Below the pieces are notes generated by a model, which had not been told where the DNA came from, made no database searches, and saw only the letters and a list, made by a program, of their open reading frames with translations. A program made the translations under genes and the position numbers. DNA of 33,836 bases from the NCBI RefSeq assembly GCF_001194135.2, contig NC_068982.1, forward strand, positions 187,428,681-187,462,516. Direction: 5' to 3'. Shown here one piece after another: positions 21,472 to 31,203 of this stretch. The stretch comes from Octopus bimaculoides. Lineage: Eukaryota. The stretch's first letter is position 1. The number at the start of each line of letters is the position of its first letter.

Positions 21472-21932
21472 TCTACTACATATGTGGAAAATCAGTGTGC
21501 GTTTGTTTGTGGCATTGTTAGCTAACTCCTACTACAACGTTTTATTGATTTTGATGAAACTTGACATGTGAGTAGAATTCATGTCTGGAAACCTCGTGAC
21601 ATACTTAGATTGTTAAAAAAATTGATGATATGGCTCCTTGAAGGTAATAACCTATAGCATCGGCAAAATATATTTTTTAAACACTCAAGGGAAATAATCC
21701 ATTTCATTGTGTATGTTCGATTACTTTGAATATTTATTTTTTTGTGTGTCCTATTTTTAATCTTTGCAGACAATATCACTTTATTTGACACGTGAACAGA
21801 ACTCATGTCTGAAAGCCTTGTGACATACTTAGATTGTTGAAAAAATCGATAATAGAGCTCCTCCAATGGATCCTTCTATCTACTACATATTAATAATATT
21901 TTATTTAAACAACCCAAGGGAAATAACCCATA
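21472..21932 (+). mobile_element. Probable non-autonomous Helitron 5' portion with internal direct repeat
   Basis: Starts A|TCTACTACATAT, followed by GTGTGCGTTTGTTTG..GATTTTGATGAAACTTG, resembling invertebrate Helitron 5' ends. 21561-21702 is repeated at 21785-21931. No CTRR 3' end was found. Confidence 0.4.
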
Positions 21933-22985
21933 CCACCTGCAGATTTTAGCAAAGCGATCAATATTTGATTCTCACGATCAACCGACCTAATTCTGCATTT
22001 CATTACTCACAGTTTTGAACTGCTAAACGTTATTATTGCACTTCCTTAATTTGAATCTTAAACTTTAAAGACTTCATTCATACATTTCTATACATACATA
22101 CTTCTTTGAATGCCCATTACTCTGGTAATTATGCATTTTTACAGTTACACTTTTTCTATGACAGTAGATAAATTTTTTTATTCCGCAACGTATTTGTAGT
22201 GGCCTCATGCAGGCATAGCGTGGATTCGATCCTTGATTGCCAAATTTCATTTAACACTTCAACTCAGGGGCATTTGCCACACACAAAGCTCTAAATTATT
22301 TGAAACAGGCTGGAGTCATTCTGTTTATTTTTTGTATTTGAAAGTTCATTTTTCCTGTCTTCGTCTCATAATGCTCAACTGATGTTTTTATGAAAATAAA
22401 TTCTGATTATCAAAATTTATTTTCTCTCTTTTTTTCTCATTGGTAAATCTAATCAATATATATATATGTATAACATACTCTGTGTCNNNNNNNNNNNNNN
22501 NNNNNNNNNNNNNNNNNNNNNNNNNNNNNNNNNNNNNNNNNNNNNNNNNNNNNNNNNNNNNNNNNNNNNNNNNNNNNNNNNNNNNNNNNNNNNNNNNNNN
22601 NNNNNNNNNNNNNNNNNNNNNNNNNNNNNNNNNNNNNNNNNNNNNNNNNNNNNNNNNNNNNNNNNNNNNNNNNNNNNNNNNNNNNNNNNNNNNNNNNNNN
22701 NNNNNNNNNNNNNNNNNNNNNNNNNNNNNNNNNNNNNNNNNNNNNNNNNNNNNNNNNNNNNNNNNNNNNNNNNNNNNNNNNNNNNNNNNNNNNNNNNNNN
22801 NNNNNNNNNNNNNNNNNNNNNNNNNNNNNNNNNNNNNNNNNNNNNNNNNNNNNNNNNNNNNNNNNNNNNNNNNNNNNNNNNNNNNNNNNNNNNNNNNNNN
22901 NNNNNNNNNNNNNNNNNNNNNNNNNNNNNNNNNNNNNNNNNNNNNNNNNNNNNNNNNNNNNNNNNNNNNNNNNNNNNNNNNNNNN

Positions 22986-23115
22986 TATCAACCCCGAAAA
23001 GATGAAAGGTGAAATTGACCTTGGCAGAATTTGAACTCAGAACGTAGCGATGGGCGAAATACTCCTAAGCATTTCGTCCAGTGTGCTAACGATTCTGCCA
23101 GCTCGCCGCCACCTT
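22986..23115 (-). mobile_element. SINE family A head
   Basis: GATGAAAGG..GAATTTGAACTCAGAACG..GCTAACGATTCTGCCAGCTCGCCGCC. Confidence 0.9.
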
Positions 23116-23355
23116 ATATATTTTGGTAATTTGGAATAGGAATAGACATCTAAACCGTTTGTGAAAGTAAGCAAAGCATTTATTGTAGAAAATAAAATAA
23201 TGTAGAATAATGAGGCAATCATTAGCAAAAATATTTTGTCCATATTTAAATAATCAAATCTGTATAAGATTTTAGCGAGGGAGAAATTACAATTTTTTTG
23301 TTTTCCTGTTATTTTGGCAATTTCATTTACATTCTTATACTCTCATTAGCAATCT

Positions 23356-24006
23356 TCATCATCATCATCATCACCATTACCATCACCATCACCATCACCA
23401 TCATTACCATCATCATCATCATCATCATCATCGTCATCATCATCATTATCATCATCATCATTGTTTAATGTCTGCTTTCCATACTGGCAAGGGTTGGATG
23501 GTTTGACTGAGAGGTGGCAAGCTGGGAGGCTGCACCAGGCTCCAATCTGATTTGGCAAGAATTCTAAAGCTGGATGCCCTTCCTAACACCAACCACTCCA
23601 AGAGTGTAGAGTAGGGGTTCCCAACCGGGGTCCACAGAAGCTTTAAGGGGTTCCATGAATAAAAAAAAAATTGCAATTTGTGGGTCCAATGTATAAATTT
23701 TGTTTCCTAGGAGAGAGGTTCCTGTATTTTATTGAAATTTTCATGATTTGTCTTTGGAATTTATGTTGTGAATATAACGAAATTGTTTCATTGTTAGTTT
23801 TTACTAACCTACAAATATTTTATTTCAAAAATTTACATGTACATATATGGGGTCCACAGATGATAAGATAGCTCTCAGGGGTCCACAAGCAAAATAAGGT
23901 TGGGATCCCTTGATGTAGTGGATGCTTTTACATGTCACTGGCATGGCAGCCAGTCAGGCAGCACTGGCAATGACCTCGTTTTAACGGTGCTTCTAATGTG
24001 CCACCA
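23356..24006 (-). mobile_element. RTE-type 3' end with a long (CAT)n-like tail, split by a MITE
   Basis: The family sequence breaks at GAGTGTAG (23611) and resumes TGTAGTGGATGCTTTTAC (23914). Confidence 0.85.
23612..23912. mobile_element. hAT-type MITE (301 bp), nested
   Basis: TIRs TAGGGGTTCCCAACC / CAAGGGATCCCAACC. The TSDs GTGTAGAG and ATGTAGTG each differ by one base from the host sequence GTGTAGTG. Subterminal GGGGTCCAC motifs. Confidence 0.85.
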
Positions 24007-24030
24007 TTTTTTTTCAACAATGCCTCCTCT

Positions 24031-24150
24031 TCATTATTTAGCATGTGTTTCCCATGCTGACACGGGCTGGACGGTTTGAATGGAACTGGCAAGCCAGAGA
24101 ATTGCACCAGGATCCAGATGTCTGTTTTGGAATGGTTTCTACAGTTGGAT
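24031..24150 (-). mobile_element. RTE-type 3' end (variant)
   Basis: TTCCCATGCTGACACGGGCTGGACGG..GGTTTCTACAGTTGGAT. Confidence 0.7.
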
Positions 24151-24452
24151 CATCATCATCATCATCCAGTGTTTTGTCCCCATTAATGGGTGGGGGGTCA
24201 GATCTACCTCAATGCCATGCAACTGGCCTCACACCATCTCGCCATCTTGCCTGGTTTTGAGCGTCCTGTTTGCATCTTCCTTTTTGAAGTAGGCAGGTAC
24301 AGCCCACCCCTACCTTTGGACTGGCTTGTGCCCATTCTCCTTTGCTATCATGAGGCTTTTTTGGAGTTGGATTTTCTTGCTTACCCCCAACCTCAGTTTC
24401 TAGACATGAGTGGTCCTGAGACAAAGGCCTTTACCATCTCCCTCGTCCACTC
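24151..24452 (-). mobile_element. Second RTE-like LINE family, 3' fragment
   Basis: Minus frame ends ..KQDAQNQARWRDGVRPVAWH* (A.DR..WR-type RTE terminus), followed by a short UTR and (GAT)n tail. Confidence 0.5.
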
Positions 24453-24575
24453 ATAGACTTTGGTCAACCCAAGGCTGTAGTAGAAGGCATTTACCCAAGT
24501 TGCCAACAGTGGGACTGAACCCAGAACCATGTGGTTGGAAAGCAAGCTTCTTACCAAACAGCCACTCCTGTACCT
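24447..24575 (-). mobile_element. SINE family B head
   Basis: GGCTGTAGTAGAAGG..GGGACTGAACCCAGAACCATGTGG..CAGCCACTCC. Confidence 0.85.
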
Positions 24576-24873
24576 ATTGATAAAAATCAAATGTTTATTA
24601 TTGTATGTATGTCATATTTCCTGATCTGGCTAAACTACACTTCCAAAAACACTCTGCCTGCTTTACAAATATTTCTCCTGTGTCAAGGACAACAGTGGCA
24701 CTGAACCCAGAACCATGTTATTGGGAAGCAAGCTGCTTACCACACATCCACTCTTGCACTTAGTAATAAAAGATGTTTATTATTGTATGTATGTCATATT
24801 TCCTGATCTGGCAAACTGTACTTCCAAAAACACTCTGCCTTCTTTACAAATATTTCTCCTGTGTCAAGGACAA
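24505..24873. repeat. Tandem duplication, about 185-bp unit x2
   Basis: 24505-24690 is repeated at 24691-24871. The unit is a SINE-B head piece plus unique sequence. Confidence 0.9.
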
Positions 24874-25434
24874 TAGAGTTTTTATTGTTAAATGTGCATA
24901 ATTTTCTACATTTCAAACATAAAGTTACTATTAAGTTTAACTAGTAATTTGAACTTAACAAAATGAATGTAGTATTGTTCATTATACTTCTTTCCTTGTT
25001 CTTATATAGTTTTATGTTGATAGAAGTTCTTTACTTTTTTTTTAGCTTGGAATTCTTCCAATAGCCATGTATTTTTTTAAGACACAAAAGACTGAAAATG
25101 AAAATATGGTGGAAATGTCAAAAGTGGCAATTAAGTTTCATGTCAGGGAGCAATCAGTTCTAAGGAAATAATAAGAAAAGACAAGATAATTTAAGCCCTG
25201 AAAAAGACCCTGAGAGAAAGAAGAAATCTTCCTTCTCAACTAGAAATAACGAGTTTTAAAATGGCTTCTTGAGGACTTAAATTGGGTGGCAGTGGTGGGA
25301 CTGAGAAGGGAAGGGGGGCGTGGATATGGTGCCAATGCTATTGGTGTATTCTTGGAATTATATATTGGGGTGGGGTGAGGTGACAGAAAATCCTTCTTAA
25401 TAACTTAATGACTAAGGTTATAGGTCCAGAATTA

Positions 25435-25547
<113 letters not shown>

Positions 25548-25708
25548 AGGTGTAGGGATGGCCATGAGGTTGAATAGTTCATTTCATAGCTGTAAGGTTT
25601 CAGGTTCAATCCATTGGGAAAGTGTCTTATACTACAGCCCTGGACCAACCAAAGCCTTGTGAGTAGATAGAAACTGAAAGAAGCCTGCCATGTGTGTGTG
25701 TGTGTGTT
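25548..25708 (+). mobile_element. SINE family B head, degenerate
   Basis: CAGGTTCAATCC..AAAGTGTCTT..CCAAAGCCTTGTGAG..GAAACTGAAAGAAGCC. Confidence 0.7.
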
Positions 25709-25729
25709 TCTGGTTTCTTCTCTTGACAG

Positions 25730-25915
25730 CACATCAGAGTTGTGTCCCCATCAAGCAATTCATTTCTACTCTTCAATGCAAACATGTCTGGCCAAGGCAA
25801 AATATTTACCTTGGTTGCAAACAGGTGAAAGTCGGTCATGCAAAGGGAATCCAGCTAAAAAATTCTGTGTTGAACTCCATCTGAGCCATGCAAGTATAGA
25901 AAAGTGGTCACTAAA

Positions 25916-25946
<31 letters not shown>
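25730..25946 (+). mobile_element. Retroposon with RTE-type 3' end and (GAT)n tail
   Basis: AAGGGAATCCAGC..CCATGCAAGTATAGAAAAGTGG..AAAATGATGATG resembles 7830-7965. Confidence 0.6.
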
Positions 25947-26001
25947 CTGGAAGAAGTATATATATATATTTGCGTTGAGAACCACTTTCCATTGCCAGCC
26001 A

Positions 26002-26060
26002 GTGGTTGTCACACGCTGATGATGGGTCAATACCCAGAAACTCGGGTCCATGTGTATCAC
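26002..26060 (+). ncRNA. Type I hammerhead ribozyme motif (HHR1), near-intact
   Basis: Stem I CACACG(26010-15)/CATGTG(26049-54, one mismatch), extended by GTGGT/ATCAC. Core CTGATGA (26016-22). Stem II TGGGT-CAAT-ACCCA. GAAA (26037-40). Helix III C-TCGG-G. GTC cleavage triplet, predicted cut after 26048. Confidence 0.8.
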
Positions 26061-26296
26061 GTCAGGTTGGAGATGGGAAGGATGACTTCCCTTTGCAAAT
26101 ACACTGATAGGGCACAGATAGTGTGTCAATAGACAGCTGGAGGAGATGTCTTCCTGGGGCTACAAGCTACAGTAGCATCGACCCTTAAGGGTTAGCCACA
26201 TTTAGGTGGCAAATATACTTCACAAATATATATATATCGTTTTTAGAAAAACATAAATCCAGAGGAGAAGCACATTCTATAAAAGAGAGCAGTCTG

Positions 26297-26408
26297 TATT
26301 TTTGTCTGATGAAGGCTCGATTATGGAGTTACCCTGGGTTTCCTGTAACCCAATATGGACTGGAAATCCAGGGTAACCCCATAAACCGGCCTTTACCAGA
26401 TAAAAATA
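26297..26408. other. 112-nt foldback hairpin (47-bp imperfect stem, 18-nt loop)
   Basis: 26297-26343 pairs colinearly with 26362-26408 with few mismatches or wobbles. Core arms are TTATGGAGTTACCCTGGGTTTCC / GGAAATCCAGGGTAACCCCATAA. Confidence 0.85.
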
Positions 26409-26468
26409 TAAATATATATATATGTATATGTAGTCTCTGAGCTGCATAAATATGCATCAATCTTAGCG

Positions 26469-26538
26469 CCCTTACTGAAGAAGCATGGATGGCAAATTAA
26501 TTTCTTTGCACATTGAAGCAGAAACTCGTGTCTAGGGG
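26469..26538 (+). ncRNA. Type I hammerhead ribozyme motif (HHR2), decayed, long stem II
   Basis: Stem I CCCTTA/TAGGGG. Core CTGAAGA (26475-81). Colinear imperfect stem II 26482-26520 with an A.A mismatch at the closing pair. GAAA (26521-24), then C-TCGT-G-TC; predicted cut after 26532. Confidence 0.6.
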
Positions 26539-26786
26539 TTACTATAGAAATATTTATTCTTCTTTCCCTTTGAAATTACTCTTATTCGTGGTTTGGGCTT
26601 CAAACTGCCTTTTCTAGCATGTAAGGTGTCCTGTTAAAAGTCACCTCTTTTGTGTATAAATACGTACACTATTTTATATGAATAATATGTTGTCTATTGA
26701 CTTTATTACACATGCTAGGCACCGGTAGACTATTCCTCTAAATTTTCTACCCTTATTATTTTCACAGTAATATATATATATATATA

Positions 26787-26972
26787 TCATCATCATCATC
26801 GTTTAACGTCCGCTTTCCATGCTAGCATGGGTTGGACGATTTGACTGAGGACTGGTGAAACCGGATGGCAACACCAGGCTCCAGTCTGATTTGGCAGAGT
26901 TTCTACAGCTGGATGCCCTTCCTAACGCCAACCACTCAGAGAGTGTAGTGGGTGCTTTTACGTGTCACCCGC
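26787..26972 (-). mobile_element. RTE-type 3' end, abutting (TA)n
   Basis: (TA)n-CATCATCATC-GTTTAACGTCCGCTTTCCATGCTAGC.. Confidence 0.9.
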
Positions 26973-27082
26973 ACGTATATANNNNNNNNNNNNNNNNNNN
27001 NNNNNNNNNNNNNNNNNNNNNNNNNNNNNNNNNNNNNNNNNNNNNNNNNNNNNNNNNNNNNNNNNNNNNNNNNNNNNNNNNN

Positions 27083-27119
<37 letters not shown>

Positions 27120-28019
27120 ACACACACTCCCCACCACTCACAAATACTTTGTTATAAATGGTTGTTTGTTGTTTTCTATATTGGAATAAAAATTCAAGAT
27201 GGCATCGAAAAGTCTGTGTTGTAAATGTTGATTATATTTCAAAATTTAATGAAGATGCATAATTTGGTTGTAATGAAATCCAGCTAACTGGAAAACTGAA
27301 GTCTTTACTGATGACCCAGTTCTAATTACAAATGTAATTGAGAGGTTATTTCATGTTTGTAAGAAATTCCTCAAGAGAGAGAGAGATTGAAAGAGGAAGG
27401 GAGAGAGAGAAAGAGACAGAGACTGAGAGAGGAAGGGAGAGAGAGAGAGAGAGAGGTGTCATAGATCGAGTAACAAATTATGTTTGCTTTGACCTCTTTT
27501 GAAAAGCACAAGAAATTTTTGGCAGCATGAGTCTAATAGGCCAGTTGAAAATTTCCAGAAAATTTGAATATAAGACAGGACAGAGGAATTAGAAGTAAAT
27601 GAGTTTCTTAGTAATAAAATCTTAGCGTCTAAGTTTCTGAAGAATTCCTGTGAAGCAGATGTGTTTGCAGTGAATGTAAAATGTGAAGGAAAGCAGACAG
27701 ATATTCAGATATTTAATTTAGACAAAGGAGTGACTGGGAAATTCATTGTGGTCTAACTTGTAGCATGTTAGAGCAAGATATATCTGGTTCAATTCCACTC
27801 AGTGAGTCTCAGCCTCACGGTTACATTCAGAAATATGTTCTGTTTGGACAATGAAGCAGACTGACACGTCTTATGGTTCTTAAATATATTATCTATTAGC
27901 TTGTACGGTGATTTGAGACTGAACTGCTAACTGGTCAGACATCATGACCGAACCACAGTACTTTCATGTGATTGGTCTATTAAGCAACCAATCAGCATCA
28001 AGCCATCACGTGATTCAAA

Positions 28020-28070
28020 TTGTCAAGCGATGGGGTGTGGGGGACAAATACAGACACACAAACACATACA

Positions 28071-28166
<96 letters not shown>

Positions 28167-28325
28167 CTACGGGCTTCTTTCTGTTTCCGTCTACCAAATC
28201 CACTCACAAGGCTTTGGTCAGCCTGAGGCTATAATTGAAGACACTCGGCCAAGGTTCCATGCAGTGGGACTGAACCCATAACCATGTGGTTGGTAAGCAA
28301 GCTACTTGCCACACAGCCACTCCTG
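28020..28325 (-). mobile_element. SINE family B (head, microsatellite, partial tail)
   Basis: TGTCAAGCGATGG..(CA)(TA)n..GGGCTTCTTTC..CACACAGCCACTCC. Confidence 0.9.
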
Positions 28326-28929
28326 GTAATTATTGCTGTTATTATTTGTAAAAGGTCATAATAAAATGATAAATCTTCCATTAATTGTTCCTGGTGTTGT
28401 CCAGTTACTTCTTCAGGCAGCCCAAGAGAAACATTTTCATTTATCAGCTCAACCAGCCATCACTTCAAATTGGCAAACAAACACCCTCAACATATCCAGC
28501 CCTACAAATTATTCAGTGGAGCCACATTGATCAGCCAATAATAGTTCTGGTCAACTAAGAAACAAGACAGAACAATAAAATAAACAAAAACCTGACTTCT
28601 AACAAGGAAAATCATTCAAGATTTTGCAATAATATTATGTATTTCTAGTCATTGTGTTTCTTGTCATTAATAATGTATTACACCATTTCATTCTTTTTAG
28701 AAACCAACAGCATGACATACTGTCATAAAAGATGCATGGGTATATTAGACACACCTCAATTCCAGCAGCAGGAAAAGTAGTTTTTAGAGCATTAAAGCAT
28801 GTAATTTAAGACCCTTCTTTGCATGTAGAACATGGGGTGATTTTTTTTTTTTTTTGAGATATGCTTTGGGAAAGAAAGTTCATCTTATAAGCCCTTAAAT
28901 ATGGTTATGGCCACTATATCTGTGTAATC

Positions 28930-29214
28930 AATAATGGCTTCAAATTTTGGCACAAGACCAGCAATTTTAGGGGGTAGGGATCAGTCAGTTATGAGGACCC
29001 CATTTCTACTATAGGCGCAAGGCCTGGAATTTTGTGGGGAGAGACAAGTCAATTCTTTCAACTCCCAGTACTTGACTGTATTTATTCTATTAACCCTAAG
29101 AGGATGAAAGGTAACAGTGACCTTGGCGGAATTTGAACTTAGAATGTAAAGATGTATGAAATGCTGCTAAGCAACTTGTCCAGTGTGCTAATGGTTCTGC
29201 CAACTCGCTGCCTT
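28930..29214 (-). mobile_element. SINE family A: one tail remnant plus one near-complete copy
   Basis: TTTTGGCACAAG..(28931-29012), then GCAAGGCC..GGATGAAAGG..GAATTTGAAC..TTCTGCCAACTCGCTGCCTT. Confidence 0.8.
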
Positions 29215-29244
29215 AATAGTAATGATGATGATGATGATGATGAT

Positions 29245-29719
29245 ACAGATCAGGTGCTAGAGCCTAACAGACCAGACCTAGTGGTGGTGGAGGAGGTGCA
29301 CCACATGTGCTGTATAGTTGATGTTGCGTGCCCCTTTGACCCACAAATACTCAAGAAGGAAGGCGAAAAAATAGATAAATACAACCCTCTTAAGTATGAA
29401 ATAGTCCGGCTGTGGAAAATAAAGAAGGTGAAAATAGTGCCAATTATTGTTGGGTCCTTGGGGGACAGTACCAGAAGGTATCAAGAGGAATATAAAGAAA
29501 TTGGAATAGAATGCCTAGTAGAACTGTTACAAAACGTTTGCCTCTTTGGCACAGTCAGAATAATCAAGAAAGTATTAGAAAGCTGGAAATAATGGATAAC
29601 ATGGTACCGTAGGTTGCAGGGAGCAAGCTTGCTACACATGAAAAACTCCAGGAGTTCCAACAAAATCTGTGGTAAAAAGAGAGAATGATAACAACAACAA
29701 CAACAACAACAATAATAAT
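29245..29719 (+). mobile_element. R4/Dong-clade LINE 3' fragment (REL endonuclease, 3'UTR, (AAC)/(AAT) tail)
   Basis: NRPDLVVVEE..CIVDVACPFD..KEGEKIDKYNPLKYEIVRLW..VPIIVGSLG..CLFGTVRIIKKVLE. Confidence 0.9.
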
Positions 29720-30216
29720 ACTGTAAAAATAAAACTGCTTCAAGAAGACAAAATGAAGTAATTATTAATGTGATGTGCTGTACAAGAAAGTGTAATGTCA
29801 TGTGATAATAACTATTTAAATATAAATGAGACACTTCATGAATACAAAATGAAAACAAGAATTCAGTGTTAAAATTGATAGAATATTTGATAAAATTTGT
29901 GTTTGTTGAATTGTGTGAATTCCATCAGTTTTCAAACGTTGTTTAATTTATTCAACATCTCTAAAAAAATTGGAGCATCTTGTTGGAGAAAGATGAGTAC
30001 TCAGGAAAAGGTTCTCCAGCCAACACACAGGTACATAAATGCCATGCGTTAGCAGGGCCATCTGAGCGGGATTATTGGCTTCCAGGCAAATCACTGGGCC
30101 CTATTGTATTTTCTTATTGATAGCAAACCACAGCCTACATAGATCAGAACTGGATCCGGGATCCCTGGAAAGCCCAAGCAGCTGCCCTGTGTGCTCACGC
30201 CTTAAGAAGGTACTGT

Positions 30217-30217
<1 letters not shown>

Positions 30218-30256
<39 letters not shown>

Positions 30257-30480
30257 CCATTTAATGTCTGTTTTTCCATGCTGGCATGGGTTGGATGGAG
30301 TTGGCAAGCCAGAGAACTGCACCACGCTCCGTTGTTTACTTTGACATGGTTTCTACAGCTGGATGCCCTTCCTAATGCCAACCACTTAACAAAGTGTATC
30401 GGGTGCTTTTTTTTTCTTTCCTGGCACCAGTACCAGTAGGGTCAGCAAGTAATTTGCAGGACAAAAAAACCTTTGGCTGA
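30218..30480 (-). mobile_element. RTE-type 3' end (variant)
   Basis: (CAT)n-TTTAATGTCTG..CTGGATGCCCTTCCTAATGCCAACCAC. Confidence 0.8.
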
Positions 30481-30833
30481 AAGACGGAGTGGTACCGAGG
30501 GAGGTGGCTTTGTGCTGGTTACAAAGTTTTAAAGTATAATAGAGGGATATATATATAAACACACACACACACGCACACACACACAAATGTAAATTTCACT
30601 TTACTCTTTTACATCAAGTATGAGAATAAAAATAGAGTATTTATTGACGGAGGGGGAGTCAAATTATTGTAAAATTTATATTTTCTGGCATTTTATGCTT
30701 TGCCTGGTGGCTTATATATATATATATATATATATATATNNNNNNNNNNNNNNNNNNNNNNNNNNNNNNNNNNNNNNNNNNNNNNNNNNNNNNNNNNNNN
30801 NNNNNNNNNNNNNNNNNNNNNNNNNNNNNNNNN

Positions 30834-30965
30834 ACCCCAGGACTTATTCTTTGTAAGTCTGGTACTTATTCTATCAGGCTCTTTTGCCAAACTGCTAAGT
30901 TACGGGGATGTAAACACACCAGCATCGGTTGTCAAGGGATGTTGGTGGGAAATACACAGACACAC
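30834..30965 (-). mobile_element. SINE family B 3' half
   Basis: CCCCAGGACTTATTCTTTGTAAG..GCTAAGTTACGGGG..GGTTGTCAAG. Confidence 0.9.
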
Positions 30966-31203
30966 CATTTCGAGCGTGGCCATTGCCAGTACTGTCTGAC
31001 TGGCCCTCGTGCCGGTGGCACGTAAAAGCACCCACTACACTCTTGGAGTGGTTGGTGTTAGGAAGGGCATCCAGCTGTAGAAACTCTGCCAAATCAGATT
31101 GGAGCCTGGTGCAGCCATCCGGTTGCACCAGTCCTCAGTCAAATCGTTCAACCCATGCTAGCACGGAAAGCGGATGTTAAACGATGATGATGATGATGAT
31201 GAT
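30966..31203 (+). mobile_element. RTE-type 3' end inserted in the SINE-B internal microsatellite
   Basis: Matches 7730-7965. Flanked by CACAGACACAC on the left and (TA)n on the right. Confidence 0.9.

Noticed and set aside
26845-26866. CTGAGGA..GAAACCGG hammerhead-like string in the RTE 3' end
   Set aside because: Only 5 nt lie between the core and GAAA, so stem II cannot form; there is no NUH or stem I.
27308-27370. CTGATGA with a downstream GAAA
   Set aside because: No stem II closure, helix III or stem I.
27574-27756. About 60-codon Met-less open frame (DRTEELEVNEFLSNK..)
   Set aside because: No convincing splice sites or homology; expected occasionally by chance.
28330-28556. Minus-strand acceptor (TTTCTTAG) followed by a protein-like frame
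   Set aside because: Three in-frame stops, no donor and no recognisable homology.
30053-30215. hAT-like MITE (CAGGGCC../..GGTACTG)
   Set aside because: TIR match is weak (about 9/14) and there is no TSD.
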